Below are positions 56,983 through 64,000 of a stretch of DNA of 64,000 bases, one piece after another. The notes under the pieces are model-generated. The model had not been told where the DNA came from and made no database searches. It was given only the letters and a program-made list of their open reading frames with translations. The translations under genes and the position numbers were made by a program. Within the stretch, counting starts at the first letter, position 1; the number at the start of each line of letters is the position of its first letter. This stretch comes from Camelus ferus (Eukaryota), in the NCBI RefSeq assembly GCF_009834535.1, contig NC_045696.1, positions 88,910,001-88,974,000 of the forward strand, written 5' to 3'.

Positions 56983-58183
56983 GTTTGTCTAAACCTTGTA
57001 ACACTAGTCCAGCAATTGTTATCATGTGCTGTCATGTAAATACTACTAGTAGTTGAAAGGAAAAACAGTTTGCCTTTTTCAGTACTAGTTTTTGTGAAAT
57101 AGTTTACAGATATTATAGCTGTTTAAGTATAAACCCATAGTAAACAGAATGAACATTTTTGTTGCTTATGATACCTTTATATCTTTTTGTATATAGTTAG
57201 CTCTTAATTATTTGAATAATTGTGAAATATGTATATGATTTAAGTCTTTTAGTTTTTCCTTTATTATCTTAGGGTTCATTTTATTCCTCAACTTTCTCCA
57301 CTACCGTAGAAAATAAGAAAAAAGGCAGAACTTAAACCAAAATTTTTCTCTATAATGGCAGTCCTAAGAAGAATCTAAATTGAAATTTTTTAATGTATCT
57401 TGTGGATTTTAGTACAGTAAAATGTAGTAGTGTTTTCCACTATCATCATGAGGCCATCCTCATACAGGAGGTATCTGTAGCTTATAGATAGTCTCATTAA
57501 ATGTTGACCATGATTAGCATACCTTTTGGGTTTTTTCTGATAAATAATTGTAGGAAGAATAATTAAAGACAATTCCAACATTTCAGGAATTTGTTTTATA
57601 ACTAGAGCCTAACTTCACCCAAACTCAAAAATTTTAAAACCTGTCCTCCAATGGAGAATGAAAAAATCCGGAATCTGAACTATTCTATGTCCCATGACAT
57701 TAAAGTTTATTTTTGCAACAGATTTTGTTTTTTAATTGTTCTTAAATGGAAGTAATCAGTTTTACTTTGACACACCTCCTCTTCATTACCCTTTTGGGGG
57801 CCAAGTTGGAAGGCAAGGGTTGGTTAGTGTCCCACAATAAGGAGTTTTCAAATGGGAGAATTTCCCTTTAAACTGTTCTTGGCATATGGTATGTTAAGTA
57901 CTATTAGGAATGCTATTGTTTGTGTATCCAGAGTCCCTCACTTTTATACCAAAGTTTAGATTTAGAAATACTGACACAATATCTTGGTCTTTGGTTTTTA
58001 ATTCCAGTGACATTGTAGAATTAATTAGAATACATGAATGCAAAAAGAACAATCATGTTATCTTTAAATGCTAAATTGCATTTTTTTTTTCACTTACAGA
58101 ATATAATATCTCAGTTTGGCTTTCATACAACAAGTTACAGTGACACTCTGGACGCAAAAATTAAATTTGGCACTTCTCTAGGG

Positions 58184-58317
58184 CAGTGATTCTCGTACTT
58201 TAGCCTATTATCAGAATTATTTGAAGGGCTTGTTAAAACACAGAATCCTGGACTCACAGAATTTCTGTTTCAGTAGATTTGGGATAGGGCCCAAAAAAAT
58301 CACAATGGGAACCACTG
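58184..58317 (-). mobile_element. Internally deleted MER5A
   Basis: Termini cagtgattctc / gggaaccactg; perfect 8-bp TSD ctctaggg at 58176-58183 and 58318-58325. Confidence 0.88.
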
Positions 58318-58849
58318 CTCTAGGGGTATTGGTTCCCCCTTCCCTCCCTTTTTCTGGTATAGTTTCTAAGTGCATAGAGTAATTTATAATTAATACTCTT
58401 TATGCTTTGATACTGGATCATCAGTATTAATTCTACAAATATTTTCTCTGTAATAGTATTTCAGTATGTCTTTTATTATGTGAAAGTTTCTTAAACTGAA
58501 GAATACCATTGAGAGAGAAGATAAAAAGCAACAATTCTCTGTTCACAAAGTACATTAAAGAAGCCTTAGGCTTCTAGCATTTAGATGGCATAAGAACATT
58601 TTACAGGTGAACAGCTTATAAGCCTTGATATGTGAATAATGTGCAAAAAAAAGTCTTAGTACCTTATATTGCTTCTCGTAACTCAGAGACCTAAAATGTG
58701 AACTAATTTATTGGTTAAAACTTTTATATAAAACTGAACAGTGTATCTGGTTAAATACAGGAAGCAGCATATTGAACCAAGTCCTTTATGTTTTCTAAAT
58801 TGCTTATTGTCAACATATTTTATTGAATTGATAAATCCTATTCCTACAG

Positions 58850-59019
58850 GTGATGGGCCACAGTGTAGAGATTATGTCATAAGTCTTGGAGTTGTGAAAC
58901 CTTTGCTCTCCTTCATAAGTCCATCTATTCCTATAACATTCTTAAGAAATGTTACTTGGGTTATGGTCAACTTATGTCGCCACAAAGACCCACCACCCCC
59001 AATGGAAACCATTCAGGAG
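58850..59019 (+). CDS. KPNA4: KPNA4 coding exon 9 ([22 protein letters not shown]...[13 protein letters not shown])
   Basis: ttcctacag| acceptor, |gtaaac donor; 170 nt; visible in ORF 58741..59061. Confidence 0.97.
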
Positions 59020-59124
59020 GTAAACAAGCATTTTTTTATTTTGTTTTTTAAACTAAAGTAGATATCTTTATGTGTATGTTTTTAATCTATGTATTTTTAA
59101 AAATCTGTATGGTTCTCTCTTCAG

Positions 59125-59169
59125 ATTCTTCCAGCTCTTTGTGTTTTAATTCATCACACAGACGTAAAT
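59125..59169 (+). CDS. KPNA4: KPNA4 coding exon 10 (ILPALCVLIHHTDVN)
   Basis: ctctcttcag| acceptor, |gtgagt donor; 45 nt, phase 0-0. Confidence 0.96.
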
Positions 59170-60240
59170 GTGAGTAAATGCTTCCCATCATATATGTTTT
59201 TGTGTATATATATCTAGGGCTTGCACTTGTGACATAGGGGAGAAAATGTTATGTTGGACATTGTGTCAATGTACTCGATCAGATTTTTTCTATTTCAGGA
59301 GCTGTAATAGTTTGGTATTTTTATATTCACTCTGTGTTTACCCATATCACAAAACACAATTTCAGTAAAGAAATCAAACCTGTTATTGTGGTTTCAGCAA
59401 TGACGTGTGTGCATAAATGTATGTATTAGTGTTCTAAAAACTCACATCAGAAGTTCTTAAAGTTGCCAGTAAGTGATCTCTCTCACTAAGATTATATCTT
59501 TGATTGTTCATGAGCTTTTTGTGAAAGCTCATTTTGACAGCCTGATCAATGAGAGAACACATACACTTAGTGGTATTTTTATGAAAGATGCTAAAGAGAA
59601 GCATTTGTACTTTTGTGCATGGGTTTGTATTCATATACACACACCAAACCATGAATATTAGTTTCATTTCAGTAATTTCAGTAATTCATCAGTAATTTCA
59701 TTTTTATTCTACTTCTTCATTTATAGTGACTTTGGTAGCGGCTTTACTTGGTATAGAGATAATTCTTGAGTTTCCAAACAAGGAAAAAAAAAATCAGTGC
59801 AGACTAGATTTTAAATATAATAAATACATTCTGCTCATTCTTACTAATACAGATAGCAAAGAAAAAGCAACACAAGAAGTATGAATGAGGTGGAAAACTA
59901 CTGTGTTTACAAAGTCAATCTAGCTTTCAGTGTGTTAGAAGAGCTGGGAATGTAATAAGTAAGGAAATCATTTGGATAAAATGCATAGCAACAATCAGAA
60001 CCTTGTGTGGTTCTTTAAAAACAGTTTGGTATAATCATCAATTTTTGACAAGCTCCTTCATTTCTTTACAATTTATAGGGTTAATACCTTTCGCCGGGAT
60101 CTGTCTAAGGCATACGGAAGAAATTAAAGTTAGAATTATACTACATCAAGCAATGGCATAATATACAGACTTCATTAGATGAACGTGATCTTTGCTCTAG
60201 AGATATTTTTTGTAGCCCCAGATAGTCTAGGATCTTTAAA

Positions 60241-60270
60241 ACACACAAACACACACACACACACACACAT
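60241..60270. repeat. (CA)n microsatellite
   Basis: Read directly. Confidence 0.92.
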
Positions 60271-61080
60271 ACGTAAGCAATTTTTAGTTTTGGCTTCTTA
60301 TAGCCAAATTCTTCAATTAAATTATAAATGTTAATATTTTATTTTTAAAGTAGTTTCAAGAAATATTAATTTCAAAGCTTATAACTCTACTGGAAAACTA
60401 GACATCTTGGTTGACCTTATTCAAAGATGTATTGTGTTTTTTCTACTTGTATACCTCAGTACATTTGAGATTGTAACTCCATTTTTCTTGCTCTTAATAT
60501 ATCTTGAATTTCTCAAGCCAGTTTGCATTTTTCTTTTTTAGTCGCATGTTTTACTAAATAATAATATTTACTAAAAACAAAACCTGTTTTGGTAAATACT
60601 TAAAAACAAGTTCTTAAATCAGGCTAACAAAGTAAAATAAAACTGCTTCAAACAAACCATAAGTGAAACATTGAAATTACACTATAGTTGTAATTAATAA
60701 ATTTATCATAGCAGATAAAGAAGTGATTCTGATGTGAGCATATTAATGGCATATTTAGTCTAAAAATGTATTTGAATTTTACATACAGTCATGCCCAGGT
60801 AACTTGAAATTTTTTGCCTGTAACAACAAATTTTGGCATATGTTGGTACTCCAGAAAGAAAAAAATAGTTACTTTTGTAAGTTGAAATTTAGTTGTCTCA
60901 CATATTTTGATACCACTTTATATGTGTGAATTCTTTCATTTTGTGTCTTCTTTTTACATTAAAAATACCCATAGCACTTTCTTGAATTTCTGAAAGGAAA
61001 AATGGCAAACTGCTGTTCTCTTCTTTTAGGAGCTTCTTGGTCCTTTTAAACCTAATGTTGGTTAAGAATTTAAAAGGTTT

Positions 61081-61206
61081 TGGTGGGAGGGTACAGCTCA
61101 GTGGTAGAGTCCGTGCCTAGCATGCACGAGGTCGTGGGTTCAATCCCCAGTACCTCCATTAAATAAATAAATAAACCTAAGTATTCCTCCTCCCCCGAAA
61201 AAAAGG
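61081..61206 (+). mobile_element. tRNA-Ala-derived SINE (Vic-1-like) with Pol III A and B boxes
   Basis: cagctcagtgg A box, ggttcaatccc B box; TSD atttaaaaggttt at 61068-61080 and 61207-61219. Confidence 0.93.
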
Positions 61207-62251
61207 ATTTAAAAGGTTTCAGACTTTTTTGGCTTGTCTTTTGACACAGAGTCTGTATCCCAGAAAGGCTTTGGAAGTAAAGAGTCAGGCACAATTATTC
61301 TTGTGTCTTTGTCAATAATTCTATTATTTAGCAATTTAACAGTTGTTTGTCATACTTCCTTTTGCATAACTTCTAATTAGGACTTAACATACAAAGAGAG
61401 ATGAAACGCAGTGGCCTGCTATACTTCAAAATATGATCGAATTAGAAGTTAACTACAGGGGCTTCTTTTTTTTTAAGTGGTTTTGGCAGCTGGTATAAAT
61501 TATCTGTTGTCTTTCTTCGTTTCTTCCTTCCCTTCCTCCTTGCCTCTTTCTCTCCTTCCTTGTTTTCTTTCTTTCCTTCTTTTCTTTCTTCTAGAACATG
61601 TTTTTTGATTATACATCTCACAGGTTGACCTATGATTGCTTTCATTGTTTTGATCTGCAGCTGTAGGAGACTGCTGCTATTTGGGAAGTTGCCTCTAGTT
61701 TTATAAGGCAAAGCACACTGGTTAGAAAAGATGAAAATACTGTAATCCTAATACAGGAGTATTGGCTTTAGACATAACAACATGGTACTGATGTGAGAAC
61801 ACTTTGAATATATTCACCTAGCCCAGATGTTTTGAACCACTGCATATGTTGGATACGTATACTCTTTCCAACTACATACGTTTACCACAGTGTCCTTTGA
61901 CCTGTTATCCCTTAGTCTGCACAGTTGAGGAAGAGAATGTCTTTTTCTCCTATTTTATGTGCTGTGTAGTGTGTTTGTATCTTTTTGAGTTAAGACTAAA
62001 TACCAGTCTGTGATCAGGATCATTATTAACCTGAATATCCTAAATATGACTAAAAGATGCACGTACTTGATATAGACTCATAGATGATGATGTTTAGTTA
62101 TACTAGAGAAGATTAAGATTCTAATGAATTTAGGTGATAGAGAAGAGAAGAAAGAAGGTAGTGTAACAATCATAAATTAGTTCATATGGTTAAGAATTTT
62201 TGAAATGAGAAAATGTTCAGAGGCTATCTGAATTTTTATTTTATTCATTAG

Positions 62252-62383
62252 ATACTGGTAGATACAGTTTGGGCCCTGTCTTACCTTACTGATGCTGGCA
62301 ATGAACAGATACAGATGGTAATAGACTCTGGAATAGTCCCTCATTTGGTTCCTCTGCTCAGCCACCAGGAAGTTAAAGTTCAG
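62252..62383 (+). CDS. KPNA4: KPNA4 coding exon 11 ([44 protein letters not shown]); gene continues beyond the window
   Basis: attcattag| acceptor, |gtgagt donor; 132 nt; cumulative CDS 903 nt with no stop. Confidence 0.97.
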
Positions 62384-64000
62384 GTGAGTTTTTATTTATA
62401 AAAATGTAAGTTTTTCTTACCACTATTTGTTTATGACATTCAAACATGGACAATTTCAGTAGCTTAAAGTATATTTTTAAACTAATAACAACAAATCTAT
62501 GATAAAAAGATCGAGTTACTATATCCTCATTTTGAAAATGGAGAAAATTAGGTAAGATTACTATAGTTCAACACAAACTACTCCCCACCCCCCCAAAAAA
62601 GTTTACTTCTTTGTAAAGTACCGATTTCTAATGTAGACCAGGGCAATTCATATAACACCTTGGGTAGCATCTGAAGTAAGTATTGATAATTTAATTTTTC
62701 CTACTCTACCTGTTTTTCTTCCACTCTTCTACTCCTCCCCAGCTGTCCTTTTTTACTCTCCTCCACTGCACCTGGCAAGTTTAGTTAATGTATAGCTCCA
62801 CTGCACTACAATAAAGGCTTTGTACTGAAATATGGTGCTTAGGGGCTTCCCAAATTATTTCCTTTCATTTGTTTAAAATATTTTTCTCTAATTTTTATTC
62901 TTTTAAAATCCTTCCACATAAATATCTCAAAGAACCTTCATCTAAAAAGAGCCAGAAAAGAGAAGGTGAAAAGTTTACACAAATATTATAAGCAGTAACT
63001 GTCAAACTACAGTGGCAAAGGGAGTTGCCGAAAGCTCTCCCTACCCTTCTGAGGTAAATAATGAGCTTTAATATTATAATGACTGAAAGTCTGTAAAATA
63101 CGGTAATAGCACAAGAAAAGCTGTTAACCTGATTCACTATTTATCAACCTGGCTGGACACTGAAGTCAACTATGTGAAGCTTAAATTTAAAAATCTAGTT
63201 TATTTCTCTTGTATAATTCCTAGAAATTCTGTTTCAGTAAATCTGGGGTATTTTCTGGGAACCTGGGCTTTCAAAAGCTCTTCAGGTTATATTCATATAC
63301 TGTCAGAATGGAAACCCACTGCCTTAAAACTTAAAGCACTTTAAATTCAGAAAGAATTGATTAATAGAATAATTTGTCATTTGGAGGCATTTGTGGCTTA
63401 TTTAAAACATTCCTACCAGATTCTTATCATTAAGTTTGCATTTCTTGAATGTGGTACTTATGTCTTGCTATAGGTTTTTGGTTTGTATTTTGTTTTTGTT
63501 TTTTTCAGAATGCATCTTCAGTTTTATTTCTGGGCTTCATTGGGAAAATAGAGCTTGTACTTTTACTTTAGCCAGCTCTCAAGGAAAGTTAATGTTCTGT
63601 ACTTTGCCTGATAACTAATAGAGATTTAAAACATTTTTTTCAACTTTCATGCCATAATTTAGGAACACAGAAAGAATAGTATAGTGAACCGTGTAGGTTT
63701 TCTCTGTTTCTTTCCTTCCCCTCCATATTATTTTGACACAAATCCCAGATATCATATAATTTCATTCGGCTTGCATCTCCAAAAAGTAAGGATATTTTTA
63801 ACATGACCACAATACCGTTAGAGCACTTTAAAAAATATTAATGTTAAAATCCTTTCAGTATCCAAATTTTACTGATTGCTTCATATTTTTTTCAGTTTGA
63901 CTAAATCAGTACCCAAACAAGGTCAACACATTGCATTTGGTAGCTGTCTTCAGGTTTCTGCTACTCTGTAACTTTCTTCTCCTTTTTTTCTTTCCCCTAT

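Noticed and set aside
59666..59701. Short tandem atttcagta repeats (similarly tggtataatc twice near 12644)
   Set aside because: Ordinary slippage micro-duplications with no further structure.
61084..61158. tRNA-Ala(AGC)-like sequence (also near 11290, 31790, 41860 and 50100)
   Set aside because: AT-rich tails, TSDs and imperfect stems identify these as SINEs, not tRNA genes.
62384..64000. SCARNA7 (U90), known from a human KPNA4 intron
   Set aside because: No C/D-box RNA with an internal GU-repeat is visible. By recollection it lies in a later intron, beyond this window.

Overview
AT-rich, repeat-dense mammalian DNA, most likely camelid: it carries several tRNA-Ala-derived SINEs resembling the camelid Vic-1 family and no Alu, B1 or BovA elements. 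The window holds about 23 kb of upstream intergenic sequence, a CpG-island promoter, and coding exons 1-11 of KPNA4 (importin alpha-3/Qip1) on the + strand. These exons give 903 nt (301 codons), all introns are GT-AG, and the gene continues past the window end. Upstream lies an internally deleted BTF3 processed pseudogene with a poly(A) tail and target-site duplication (TSD). The rest is L1, L2, MIR, MLT1, MER21 and DNA-transposon (MER5, MER20, MER33, MER45, MER119, Charlie1, Tigger2) relics plus microsatellites. Repeat family names and human comparisons come from recalled sequences, not a search. I see no convincing new multi-gene system. The most notable unexplained structures are a perfect 32-bp inverted repeat (11425-11504), a ~110-bp segment duplicated between KPNA4 introns 6 and 7, inverted SINEs bracketing an in-phase 702-nt exon 2-10 block (candidate stop-less circRNA), and a hairpin/pseudoknot-like inversion in intron 5.
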